Part shown: one piece after another, positions 8,839-17,903 of the stretch
How positions within the stretch are numbered: position 1 is the stretch's first letter
How the letters are laid out: each line of letters starts with the position of its first letter
Assembly: GCA_027015275.1 (NCBI GenBank)
Contig: JALWCU010000184.1
Span: 1-38,831 of the forward strand
Length of the DNA: 38,831 bases
Reading direction: 5' to 3'
DNA from: Bacteroidales bacterium
GTDB lineage: Bacteria; Bacteroidota; Bacteroidia; Bacteroidales; S143-33
The notes under the pieces: generated by a model
Databases searched by the model: none
What the model was told of the DNA's origin: nothing
The model's input: only the letters and a program-made list of their open reading frames with translations
Translations under genes and position numbers: made by a program

Positions 8839-9561
8839 TTATTGTTTCATAAAACGAACAGAGAAAATGTCATCACTCAGACCAGTGTCAAACTTTGTAG
8901 AGAGTACTTCCATTTTTGTGGAATGCTTGGTCTTAAGGTCTTTGGCTGTCATGGTCTTGGCATACCAGTAATTGCCAGATTTGACAAAATTGAATGTCAG
9001 TACCTTTGCCTTTTTATTACCACGGTTGTAAAATTCAACTTGAACGGGTAAATAATCTTTGTTGACAGTCAATATAGCCTTGGAGTATTGAGAGCGCTCT
9101 TTGGGTGTGAGCTCGAGCACGAATTTGTCTGCATCCTTGCTAAGCAATTTAGCATTGTATTTGTTTTTGTAGCTTTTTGCCTGCAAGTCTTCGTAAGTCA
9201 GATCAGTGCCAGCAAATTTTTGGTTCTTGACGCTCGAAGCAATACGCCTTTCCTTGCCATAAGCAGGCATATATACATACATTACATCATTGGGCAGCGA
9301 TAGGAAACCTATACCTTTGTAAGCTGCTGGTGATGTGAATTTTATCAGACGTTTGTTTTTATCTTTCTGCCAAATAATAGCTGTTCGTACCTGCTCATGA
9401 CCATTGCGGTCTGTCAACGTCATTCTAATGGTCTGCTTAGCGTCTTGTGGTGCGGATGTGAGCTGGTCAACTTTGTCCAGTATCTGCTGTGCTGTCTGAG
9501 CTTTCGTATTGAAACTGAATACGAAAGCTACCAGGATTAGTAAAATGTGTTTTGCTTTCAT
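8839..9561 (-). CDS. LolA-like outer-membrane lipoprotein-sorting protein
   Basis: Signal peptide with LIKFTSPA..KGIGFL, YMPA..KERRIA, FAGTDLTYEDL and DDIFS.RFM motifs. Confidence 0.85.
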   Translation of the reverse strand: MKAKHILLILVAFVFSFNTKAQTAQQILDKVDQLTSAPQDAKQTIRMTLTDRNGHEQVRTAIIWQKDKNKRLIKFTSPAAYKGIGFLSLPNDVMYVYMPAYGKERRIASSVKNQKFAGTDLTYEDLQAKSYKNKYNAKLLSKDADKFVLELTPKERSQYSKAILTVNKDYLPVQVEFYNRGNKKAKVLTFNFVKSGNYWYAKTMTAKDLKTKHSTKMEVLSTKFDTGLSDDIFSVRFMKQ

Positions 9562-11840
9562 TGTTCTGTATTTTTTTGATTTTTTGTTTCTACCAAATAA
9601 ATAATAGCGGGCAGCAATGTTACTGCCGAGAGTCCTGCTACGAGCATACTCAAAGACATGAGAATAGCAAACTGATTAAGAGGAACAAGATTTGAGAAAA
9701 TGAAGATAAAGAAGCCTGCTGCTACGGCTACAAGATTGATAAATATAGCATTACCACTTGTACGTATGGTCTCTTTCAGCGCATCCATGACGCCCAAACC
9801 AGATTGACGGTAAGCTCTATAGTGCGATACAATATGCACTGCATAGTCAATGCCCACACCAAGCGTAATACTTGCCACAAGGACAGTTGCTACGTTCAGA
9901 GGTATCCCAACATATCCCATGAATCCGTAACTAATTATAATAGTTATCAGCAGTGGTACCATAGCCATAAGTCCGCTCTGCAAAGACCAAAGAGTCAGCG
10001 ACACAATTATTAGCATCAAAATAATAGCAATGCCAAGACTCGAGAACTGACTGGTAAGCAGGCTACGGTCTAAGTGAACGTAAATTTGCGGCAGCCCAGT
10101 AATACGCATTTTTATCTTGTCTGTTGAATTCTGCTTAATGTAATTGTTCATCAGCTTTACAAAACCATCATAAGCCTTGCTATCCACGGTTGAGAATCGT
10201 GCTTGTATAACGGCTTCGTTAAGATCATAATTGACGAGCTGGTCCATAATATCTTCGCCTTCTATCATCATCCACAGCTGCTCAATTTTTGCTCTGTCAT
10301 TTGGTATGCGGTAGCCTTCGCCCATTGCTTCGTTCATTTGTGCAATTAGGTCTGCTACCGAGAATGTGTGGGACACGTAAGGGCTGTGTTCTTTCATGAA
10401 TTTTTCTGTATCAAACATTTTTTGTAGAAAAGCTGGGTCTTGTACATCACCGTCGAATACCATGTAAATAGGACTTGCACCTCCCAATTCATTGTCTATC
10501 AGTTCTTCACCTACGCGGGATGGGCTGCCTTTGTGGAAATATTTTGCCATATCAACCTGACGCTTGATAAAGAATATACCAATGCCCATTATCAGAGCAA
10601 AAGCTACCCATACAGTAATTATTCTTTTTGGATGCTTGGTAATGCGCACAGAGAGTGGTATGAGTACCTTGTTGACAAATTTCGTTTCCTGTGGTCTCTT
10701 GGCTGTTTTTTTCCTGTAACCAGAAACAGTGCTTATTAGTGCTGGAGTGAAGATTATTGCAAGCAGGAATGAGAAAGTTATACCTACAGCCGTAAAGATA
10801 CCATAATCACGAATCATTGTCAGATATGAGCCTACAATGAAGGACATAAAGCCAAAGGCTGTGGTTATGTAAGCCAGGAATACAGGAATTGTTATAAATG
10901 CCATAGCTCGCACAAGAGCCTTTTGTCTATCGCCCAGGTCTATTTCATTCAGTCGGTTCAAGACGTGTATCGTATAAGCACTGCCCAGAGCAAGTAAAAT
11001 CCCTGGAATTGTATCTGAAATCATTGTCAGTTTGTGCCCAGTAAGCACCATCAGACCCAGAGTCCAAACAATGGCAATGCCCACATTTAGCAAAGGCAGA
11101 ACCACACCACGGACAGAATGGAAGCCCAGAGCCAATATGATTATGATTATCAGTGCTGTGATAGGTAGCAGGAACTTCAAATCATTGAAAATAATTTGAG
11201 AGCTGTCGAGAGCCATGAACGGCATTCCAGCATAATAGAGCTTTTCGTGATGACGTAGATGTATTTTGCTAATGATTTTTTTTATGGCTAAGGATATGGA
11301 ATCTTCGTGATAATCAGGGCTGTATGTTGCTATTATTGCAGTTATTGTGCTATCGTCGGATACAATGACGCCGTGGTACATGTCTTTTGAGAAAACCTTG
11401 TCTCTGAGTTTTTTCAAGTCTTCGGGTGTTTGTGGAAGGTTGTATTCATCTACAAGACGACCTACTTCCATGCCCCACTCGGTAGTGTGAATATCAATGA
11501 CATTTGTCAGACTCGTAACGTGTGTTATGGCGTTGAGAGTCATGAGCGAATCCGTTATATCGCGAATATCCTCAAGCACATCAGTTCGAAAAACATTGTC
11601 CGTTTTTAGCAATAGCATGGCAGTTGTGTTGCCTTGGTATTTTTTGCCAATTTCTTTGTAAAGCTTAGCTGCTGGGTCAGTATTTGGCAGGGAGTTTATT
11701 ATGTCGGCATCCACCTTTATCTTTGTAGCATAATAGCCTAAGATTACAGTCAGGATAGCTACTATAGTAATGATTGGTATGCGCCAACGTACTACCCACT
11801 CGGATAGCTTGAGCATTGCTTTATTAACCTTTTCTTCCAT
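9558..11840 (-). CDS. MMPL/RND family transporter
   Basis: 760 aa with two repeats of TM, large periplasmic loop and 5 TM. TLGVGIDYAVH motif. Overlaps the next gene by 4 nt. Confidence 0.9.
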   Translation of the reverse strand: MEEKVNKAMLKLSEWVVRWRIPIITIVAILTVILGYYATKIKVDADIINSLPNTDPAAKLYKEIGKKYQGNTTAMLLLKTDNVFRTDVLEDIRDITDSLMTLNAITHVTSLTNVIDIHTTEWGMEVGRLVDEYNLPQTPEDLKKLRDKVFSKDMYHGVIVSDDSTITAIIATYSPDYHEDSISLAIKKIISKIHLRHHEKLYYAGMPFMALDSSQIIFNDLKFLLPITALIIIIILALGFHSVRGVVLPLLNVGIAIVWTLGLMVLTGHKLTMISDTIPGILLALGSAYTIHVLNRLNEIDLGDRQKALVRAMAFITIPVFLAYITTAFGFMSFIVGSYLTMIRDYGIFTAVGITFSFLLAIIFTPALISTVSGYRKKTAKRPQETKFVNKVLIPLSVRITKHPKRIITVWVAFALIMGIGIFFIKRQVDMAKYFHKGSPSRVGEELIDNELGGASPIYMVFDGDVQDPAFLQKMFDTEKFMKEHSPYVSHTFSVADLIAQMNEAMGEGYRIPNDRAKIEQLWMMIEGEDIMDQLVNYDLNEAVIQARFSTVDSKAYDGFVKLMNNYIKQNSTDKIKMRITGLPQIYVHLDRSLLTSQFSSLGIAIILMLIIVSLTLWSLQSGLMAMVPLLITIIISYGFMGYVGIPLNVATVLVASITLGVGIDYAVHIVSHYRAYRQSGLGVMDALKETIRTSGNAIFINLVAVAAGFFIFIFSNLVPLNQFAILMSLSMLVAGLSAVTLLPAIIYLVETKNQKNTEQ

Positions 11841-11864
11841 AATCTTTTATTTTTATTTCTTAAT

Positions 11865-12470
11865 TTAGTCTTCTGTTTTGTCCTTTTTGGCTATGCCATC
11901 GAAGAGCATGTCCACCAAAATATCGATTTTGTCTTGTATTGTTGTTTCGTGATTATCCAGAAGGACAGGTTCTTCCAGTCCTCTCATAGCTGCTGTTATG
12001 GCTATGGCAACTGTCTGTATATTTTGTTCTCGCAGGTCTATTTCATTGTTTTGTATGCCTTTTATCAGAATTTGTTTTATAAGCTGAATTTCGTATTCGT
12101 CATGCTTGCGCCGATATTTATATACCATGGGATAATATCGGTAATAATCATCGTTCTTTATTACGTGATAATAATTCATCACGTCGCGAGCCAATTGAAA
12201 ACGCCTTTTGACGTAACATTTTAGCATTGTACGTGCATCATCATGCGAGGCGATAATCTTCATTAGCTCGTTGAGTATGTAGTTTGCTTCTTTTTCTATG
12301 ACAGCCGCAAATAACTGTTCTTTGTTCCTAAAATAATAGTAGAGAGTACTTTTGCCTTTCCTCGCTTCACGGGCTATTATTTCCATTGTCGTACGGTCAA
12401 ATCCTAACTGCGAAAAAATCTTCTCTGCAATATCGATAAGTTGCTGACGTATCTTTTCTTTGTCTTTCAT
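11865..12470 (-). CDS. TetR/AcrR family transcriptional regulator
   Basis: N-terminal HTH GFDRTTMEIIAREARKGKSTLYYYFRNKEQLF. Confidence 0.95.
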   Translation of the reverse strand: MKDKEKIRQQLIDIAEKIFSQLGFDRTTMEIIAREARKGKSTLYYYFRNKEQLFAAVIEKEANYILNELMKIIASHDDARTMLKCYVKRRFQLARDVMNYYHVIKNDDYYRYYPMVYKYRRKHDEYEIQLIKQILIKGIQNNEIDLREQNIQTVAIAITAAMRGLEEPVLLDNHETTIQDKIDILVDMLFDGIAKKDKTED

Positions 12471-12475
12471 TGTAC

Positions 12476-12506
12476 TTTTAGACTAAAAATGTTTTTCGTT
12501 CTAAAA
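12476..12506. promoter_or_regulatory. Putative TetR operator
   Basis: Imperfect inverted repeat TTTTAGACTAAAAATGTTTTTCGTTCTAAAA immediately upstream of the tetR start. Confidence 0.5.
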
Positions 12507-12765
12507 ATAAAAACATGTAATTACAAATGCAAAAAAATTTGATAAAAAAATTGTTTTGTGTTATAGGTAACCAGTGTATCATTGATTATAGTGGCTATTA
12601 CTTGATTAGTATGAATTGCCCGTTAACAGAGTTTGGCAAGATGATTAAATGGGTCAAGCAATTTTGAGAAAACATAATTTTTATTAATCTTAGCTTTCTC
12701 TGAGAATATCTGGTGCTAATAATGATAATCGCTTCAATTACAGGTAAATATCTAAAAAACGCTAA

Positions 12766-13530
12766 ATGTTTCTTTCTAATCACACTTTGAATGTCTTATC
12801 AATAGCCTGGATGGCTATAGCTTTGGTAATCTTTCCGTTATTACTTAAGGTGCGGGCACCTTATGGACGCCATACCAGGACAACCTGGGGACCTATGATT
12901 TCCAACCAATTGGGCTGGTTTGTAATGGAAATACCTTCGTTTTTGATAATACTTTTCTTTTACATTAAGAGCAATAATATAACAAGTTTTTATTTCAATA
13001 TTGTCTTCTGGCTGTGGCTGTTTCATTATATACATAGGGCTATGATTTTCCCATTCATGACACGCACCAAAGGCAAGAAAATTCCGGTTGTAATTGTGCT
13101 AATGGGCATGTTCTTCAATTTTGTGAATGCTTTTTTGAACGGCGCTTATATGGCTTATTACTTTGACGGACATAGTATTACACTCGTAATGTTTGTGCGT
13201 CTCTCTGTTGGGCTATTGCTATTTGTCTTGGGTATGTACATAAATATTCGTTCGGATTATATGTTGATTAATCTGAGAAAGACTGGTGAGACTGGATACA
13301 AGGTGCCGCATGGGTGGCTATTTGAGTATATTTCTTGTCCTAATTATTTTGGTGAGATGTTGGAATGGCTTGGGTTTGCTGTGTTGGCGTGGAATCTACC
13401 TGCTCTTTCGTTTTTTGTGTGGACTGTAGCTAATCTACTGCCTCGTGCTTTGAGCAATCATCGTTGGTATTATGAGAAATTTCCAGATTATCCTTCTGAA
13501 CGTAAAGCTGTTATCCCATTTATTTTATAA
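12766..13530 (+). CDS. 3-oxo-5-alpha-steroid 4-dehydrogenase (steroid 5-alpha-reductase family)
   Basis: APYGRH, GWFVMEIPS, HYIHRA, FN..NA.LNG, SDY.L..LR, SCPNYFGE..EW and ANLLPRA..NHRWY motifs of SRD5A/DET2. Confidence 0.92.
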   Translation: MFLSNHTLNVLSIAWMAIALVIFPLLLKVRAPYGRHTRTTWGPMISNQLGWFVMEIPSFLIILFFYIKSNNITSFYFNIVFWLWLFHYIHRAMIFPFMTRTKGKKIPVVIVLMGMFFNFVNAFLNGAYMAYYFDGHSITLVMFVRLSVGLLLFVLGMYINIRSDYMLINLRKTGETGYKVPHGWLFEYISCPNYFGEMLEWLGFAVLAWNLPALSFFVWTVANLLPRALSNHRWYYEKFPDYPSERKAVIPFIL

Positions 13531-13558
13531 TTTTTAATTTTGAAGAAAAAATACAGAT

Positions 13559-14335
13559 ATGGACAAATGGTCTCTTAAGGATAAAGTGGCTGTCGTTACA
13601 GGCGGTACCAAGGGCATTGGGCGTGCCATAGCCCAGGAGTTTCTCTCGCTTGGTGCCAAGGTTTATATTGTTGCGCGCACTGAGCAGGATGTTAATGATT
13701 TGGTCAGAAAGTGGCAAGCTCAGGGCAAAAAGGCTCAAGGCATTGTGGCGGATGTCTCGAACGAAGAGCAGCGTCAGAGAATATTTGATACAGTAGCACA
13801 AGATTATGATTTTCTGGATATTCTGGTTAATAATGCTGGCACAAATTTCCGCAAGCCATCCGAACAGTACACAGAGCAGGAGATTATGACCCTTGCCAAT
13901 ATTAATTATATTTCAGCATATCGTTTAAGTGCCTTGTTTCTTCCGCTATTGCGTCGTGGACATGATCCGGCAATAGTAAATATTGGTTCAGTAGCGGGTA
14001 AAGTTTTCATAGGCAGTGCAGTACCCTATTCAGCAGCCAAAGCAGCGCTTATGCACACAACTGCTATTCTTGGCATAGAATGGGCTAAATATGGTGTAAG
14101 AGTAAATGCGGTTGCGCCATGGTACACGCTCACGCCGCACACTGCCAAAGCATTAGAGAATGAGAAATACAGAGAGCAGGTTGAGCTTCTCACCCCCATA
14201 GGTCGTGTTGCCAGACCTGAGGAAATTGCGTCTGTCGTGGCTTTTCTGGCCATGCCTGCAAGCTCTTTTATCACGGGTCAGACTATCTTTGCCGATGGTG
14301 GCTTTACAAAATTGGGCTTCCCTCTTCATAGATAA
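13559..14335 (+). CDS. SDR family oxidoreductase, tropinone-reductase-like
   Basis: [17 protein letters not shown] and RVNAVAPWY motifs; N-terminal KWSL as in tropinone reductases. Confidence 0.9.
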   Translation: MDKWSLKDKVAVVTGGTKGIGRAIAQEFLSLGAKVYIVARTEQDVNDLVRKWQAQGKKAQGIVADVSNEEQRQRIFDTVAQDYDFLDILVNNAGTNFRKPSEQYTEQEIMTLANINYISAYRLSALFLPLLRRGHDPAIVNIGSVAGKVFIGSAVPYSAAKAALMHTTAILGIEWAKYGVRVNAVAPWYTLTPHTAKALENEKYREQVELLTPIGRVARPEEIASVVAFLAMPASSFITGQTIFADGGFTKLGFPLHR

Positions 14336-14374
14336 AAACTTGTTCAATCTCAGACTTATTTAAACAAATTAGCT

Positions 14375-14382
14375 TATCTTTG
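14375..14382 (+). promoter_or_regulatory. -7 promoter box for glyQS
   Basis: TATCTTTG 31 nt upstream of the ATG. Confidence 0.65.
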
Positions 14383-14413
14383 CATTTCAGATTAATGCTT
14401 AAAACATACACAA

Positions 14414-15973
14414 ATGGCACAACAACAGGATGACAAACTCAAGAAAATAATAGCACACGCCAAAGAATATGGCTTTATCTTTCCTTCCTCGGAGATTTAC
14501 GATGGACTGGGGGCTGTGTACGATTATGGACAAAACGGCGTAGAACTTAAGAACAATATCAAAGAATACTGGTGGAAATCAATGGTTTATCTCAACGAAA
14601 ATATCGTTGGTATTGACTCGGCAATATTCATGCATCCCAAGGTCTGGAAAGCTTCTGGACATGTGGACGCCTTCAATGATCCATTGATTGACAACAAAGA
14701 CAGCAAAAAACGCTATCGTGCTGACCAGCTCATCGAAAACTTGATGAGCAAGATAGAAGAAAAGATAGAAAAGGAAGTCAACAAGGGACGCAAGAGATTT
14801 GGTAATGATTTCGACGAAGAGAAGTTCATTGCTACCAATCCCAATGTCCAGCGTCATAAGAAAAAACTGGCTGATATATACAACCGTTATGTCAAGGCAA
14901 TGCAGGACAATGACCTTGATGAGCTGTACAATATTATTGTGGACTTTGGTATAGCAGATCCTGAGACAGGCTCCAAGAATTGGACAAGCGTACGTCAATT
15001 TAATCTGATGTTTCAGACGCAGTTCGGCTCTGTTGCTGATGATTCCAGCCGTGTATATTTGCGCCCAGAGACAGCCCAGGGCATTTTTGTAAACTTCTTG
15101 AATGTGATGAAGACCAGTCGTATGCGTCTGCCTTTTGGTATTGCGCAGATAGGTAAAGCTTTTCGCAACGAGATAGTAGCACGGCAGTTTGTTTTCAGAA
15201 TGCGCGAGTTTGAGCAGATGGAAATGCAGTTTTTTATCCGTCCTGGTACAGAAATAGAGTGGTTCGAATACTGGAAAAATTATCGCCTCCGCTGGCATAA
15301 GAATATGGGACTAGGCGATGAGAAATATCGCATACACGAGCACGAAAAATTAGCTCATTATGCCAATGCAGCCGTGGACATTGAGTTTCATTTTCCTATG
15401 GGCTTCAAGGAAATAGAGGGCATTCACTCACGTACAGATTTTGACTTGAGTCAGCATGAGAAATTTTCAGGTAAAAAATTACAATTTTTTGACCATGAGC
15501 TCGGTAAATCTTATGTGCCTTATGTTGTCGAGACGTCAATAGGTCTTGACCGTACGGTGTTGGCTATTCTTAGTGCTTCTTACCATGAGGAAGATGTATC
15601 CGAAAAAGGGCAGACAGAAACTCGCATTGTCCTGAGCATGCCACCGGCGCTGGCACCAATCAAGGCAGCTATCTTTCCACTTGTGCGTAAAGATGGGCTT
15701 CCTGATGTGGCTCGAAAAATCCACAAAATGCTGCGCACAAGGTTTAATGTTATGTACGAAGAGAAAGACTCTATTGGCAAGCGTTATCGTCGTCAAGATG
15801 CAATCGGTACGCCATATTGTATAACGGTCGATTTTCAGACTTTGGATGATAATACAGTAACAGTGCGTGATCGTGACACAATGGAGCAGATTCGTGTGCC
15901 TATTGAGCGTCTGCCGCAGATGATAGAAGAAAAGATATCAATGGCGCAGTTTCTCGAGCAACTTGATGTATAA
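14414..15973 (+). CDS. glyQS: Glycine--tRNA ligase (alpha2 homodimeric type)
   Basis: SSEIYDG, YLRPETAQGIF, FRNEI...FRMREFEQME, LAHYA, EGIHSRTDFDL and IGKRYRRQDAIGTP motifs. Confidence 0.97.
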   Translation: MAQQQDDKLKKIIAHAKEYGFIFPSSEIYDGLGAVYDYGQNGVELKNNIKEYWWKSMVYLNENIVGIDSAIFMHPKVWKASGHVDAFNDPLIDNKDSKKRYRADQLIENLMSKIEEKIEKEVNKGRKRFGNDFDEEKFIATNPNVQRHKKKLADIYNRYVKAMQDNDLDELYNIIVDFGIADPETGSKNWTSVRQFNLMFQTQFGSVADDSSRVYLRPETAQGIFVNFLNVMKTSRMRLPFGIAQIGKAFRNEIVARQFVFRMREFEQMEMQFFIRPGTEIEWFEYWKNYRLRWHKNMGLGDEKYRIHEHEKLAHYANAAVDIEFHFPMGFKEIEGIHSRTDFDLSQHEKFSGKKLQFFDHELGKSYVPYVVETSIGLDRTVLAILSASYHEEDVSEKGQTETRIVLSMPPALAPIKAAIFPLVRKDGLPDVARKIHKMLRTRFNVMYEEKDSIGKRYRRQDAIGTPYCITVDFQTLDDNTVTVRDRDTMEQIRVPIERLPQMIEEKISMAQFLEQLDV

Positions 15974-15989
15974 ATTTGTTACTGAAAAC

Positions 15990-16022
15990 AAAAAAAGAGC
16001 GCCCAGCGGGCGCTCTTTTTTT
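15990..16022. terminator. Bidirectional intrinsic terminator
   Basis: A7-GAGCGCCC-AGC-GGGCGCTC-T7 between convergent genes. Confidence 0.9.
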
Positions 16023-16040
16023 ATGACTAAATGCAACTTA

Positions 16041-17756
16041 TTATCTCATGATAATCTTGCTTGTAGAAATGCCTTTATTAGTATAGACACGAACCATGTA
16101 AACACCTGGCTTAAGGTCAGCTACACCAATAGAAGCGCGTCTTCCACTTATGTTGATGCTCTTGACAGCCTGTCCAACAGCATTGTAGATTTCAACTTTT
16201 TTAATGTTGTTATCGGCAGTGATATTTAGCTCGTTAGTAACAGGATTTGGATAAACGCTGAGGTTTGCAACACTAACATCATTGACTCCAGCACTTCTCA
16301 CATACTCTAAGCCATTATATCCTTTCTGAAGTGGGTTTAGACGATAGAAGCCATAACCATAAGTCAGAACACCAGTTATGTTATAAATACCGTGGAAACT
16401 AATTGTATCATAACTCTGATAATGATAATCAATATCGTCATCTACTACAAAGTTTGTAGTTCCACCATCATCTGATGCAATATATTCGTAGTAGCTTGTA
16501 GGACCAGAGAGGAACATAGCATTTTGAACTTGTATCAAAAGTCCTTCATAAGGCTCAATTGTAGAATCGTCTTCTGTTTGTTCTGTAGTGCCTGGTGCAA
16601 ATCCGATTGTAGAGCCAGAAACGGTTGTAGGTGTTATGGGTGAAGTAACATTATCATTTTTGTTTACCAAGATGCCAAAAGCTATTTCAGTTTCTCCTTT
16701 GTATTCTGAGCGAGTCCCAGCTACAGTAACTAAATCGCCAACTTCTACCATGTCAGGGAGTTTTTTATTAGGATCATATACCAATATTCCGTGCTTTGGA
16801 AGAGTATCGTCCTGTATCCATATCTGATTATAATTATCGTTTGCTGTAACATAACCCTGAGCTGTAAGAGTGATACCATTGTCAAGATGATTTGCATTAG
16901 CTGTGTTAAGCATATCAATAGGTGCAATACCTGCATAGAAGACGGCTGATGTCTGGTTCAGTGCATCTGTTATTGTATCTGGAACATTGTCAAACTCAAT
17001 AGCTTTATCAGTATATAGATATACGACATTGTCATCAACTTTATATCCAGTAAAGTTGACATTTAAAGAAGAAGATATTGAATCTAAAACGAAATTTGGA
17101 TTATCCTGTTCGTATTCTAATGCAATTGTGGTATCATTAACAGTATAAGCCATAGACAGAGTCATAAGCTTGAGATTACCTTTAACAGTTATACTGTCAA
17201 CTTGATAGGTTGTTGTATAATTTGCCCCTCCATTATATACGAAAGCTAAATAAATATTGGAATCTAAATCCAGACTATCTAAATTAAATTCAAATTTGTT
17301 CCATACATACTTACCCCCCAAAGAGAAGCTGTTTTTCAGTACTTTCCAGTCAGAGTTCTTAAAGTTCGAAGTGTCCAGTTTAGTTGTATAAAGAATTCTT
17401 AAGATAACTGTATCAGGATCTATTACTGGGTAGGCCCAGCATACGTCAAGGCTAAGGACGTTTCCAGTTGATTTGCTCAGATCAATGGCTGGAGTGATAG
17501 CCCAGGTTTCATTAGTATCAGCAGTCATGCCATAGGCTGATGCTTTCAGATAATAGTTACCGCTATAGCTATTGACATACCATATATGCTGTGAGCCAGA
17601 GGTATTTCCTAAGTCCACAGTGTCAACAATCCATCCGGCTGCTTTTAATTTAGTAGCAGAGTTGTTGTTCTGGAAGTCTTCGTAAAAAATAGTAGACTGG
17701 GCGTTTAAGGTCAATCCAATTACTAAGACAGAAAAGAGTAAAAATAATTTTTTCAT
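16041..17756 (-). CDS. T9SS type A sorting domain surface protein with an N-terminal beta-sandwich (DUF5017/cleaved-adhesin-like) and OB-fold-like domains
   Basis: Signal peptide; WAITPAIDLS; G.VTA...IWIQD...GILVY...VGDLVTVAG...EYKGETEI (OB-like); C-terminal VYPNP...IYNAVGQ...LKPGVYMV...KII. Confidence 0.88.
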   Translation of the reverse strand: MKKLFLLFSVLVIGLTLNAQSTIFYEDFQNNNSATKLKAAGWIVDTVDLGNTSGSQHIWYVNSYSGNYYLKASAYGMTADTNETWAITPAIDLSKSTGNVLSLDVCWAYPVIDPDTVILRILYTTKLDTSNFKNSDWKVLKNSFSLGGKYVWNKFEFNLDSLDLDSNIYLAFVYNGGANYTTTYQVDSITVKGNLKLMTLSMAYTVNDTTIALEYEQDNPNFVLDSISSSLNVNFTGYKVDDNVVYLYTDKAIEFDNVPDTITDALNQTSAVFYAGIAPIDMLNTANANHLDNGITLTAQGYVTANDNYNQIWIQDDTLPKHGILVYDPNKKLPDMVEVGDLVTVAGTRSEYKGETEIAFGILVNKNDNVTSPITPTTVSGSTIGFAPGTTEQTEDDSTIEPYEGLLIQVQNAMFLSGPTSYYEYIASDDGGTTNFVVDDDIDYHYQSYDTISFHGIYNITGVLTYGYGFYRLNPLQKGYNGLEYVRSAGVNDVSVANLSVYPNPVTNELNITADNNIKKVEIYNAVGQAVKSINISGRRASIGVADLKPGVYMVRVYTNKGISTSKIIMR

Positions 17757-17790
17757 AGCTCTATAATTTTAAGTTTATTTTGGGTAACCT

Positions 17791-17798
17791 CAAATTTA
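17791..17798 (-). promoter_or_regulatory. -7 promoter box for the T9SS cargo gene
   Basis: TAAATTTG on the minus strand, 34 nt upstream of the ATG. Confidence 0.5.
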
Positions 17799-17903
17799 AT
17801 GAAAAATCTAAAAAAATCAAGTTTAGCTGAATCTTAATTATAAAAAATCAGTTTTTTTTCTTAAGTTTTTTTTAGATATTTGGTTTAATAAAAAGCATTT
17901 AGA

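Noticed and set aside
12721-12739. Fur-box-like AATGATAATCGCTTCAATT upstream of the 5-alpha-reductase
   Set aside because: Only one half-site matches well, the DNA is AT-rich, and the downstream genes have no iron link.
12598-12783. 61-aa minus-strand ORF in the tetR/reductase intergenic region
   Set aside because: It has no recognisable motif, overlaps the reductase start, and has intergenic-like composition.
14336-14413. T-box leader upstream of glyQS
   Set aside because: The intergenic region is 78 nt with the promoter near the start, too short for a T-box, which is also not expected in this phylum.
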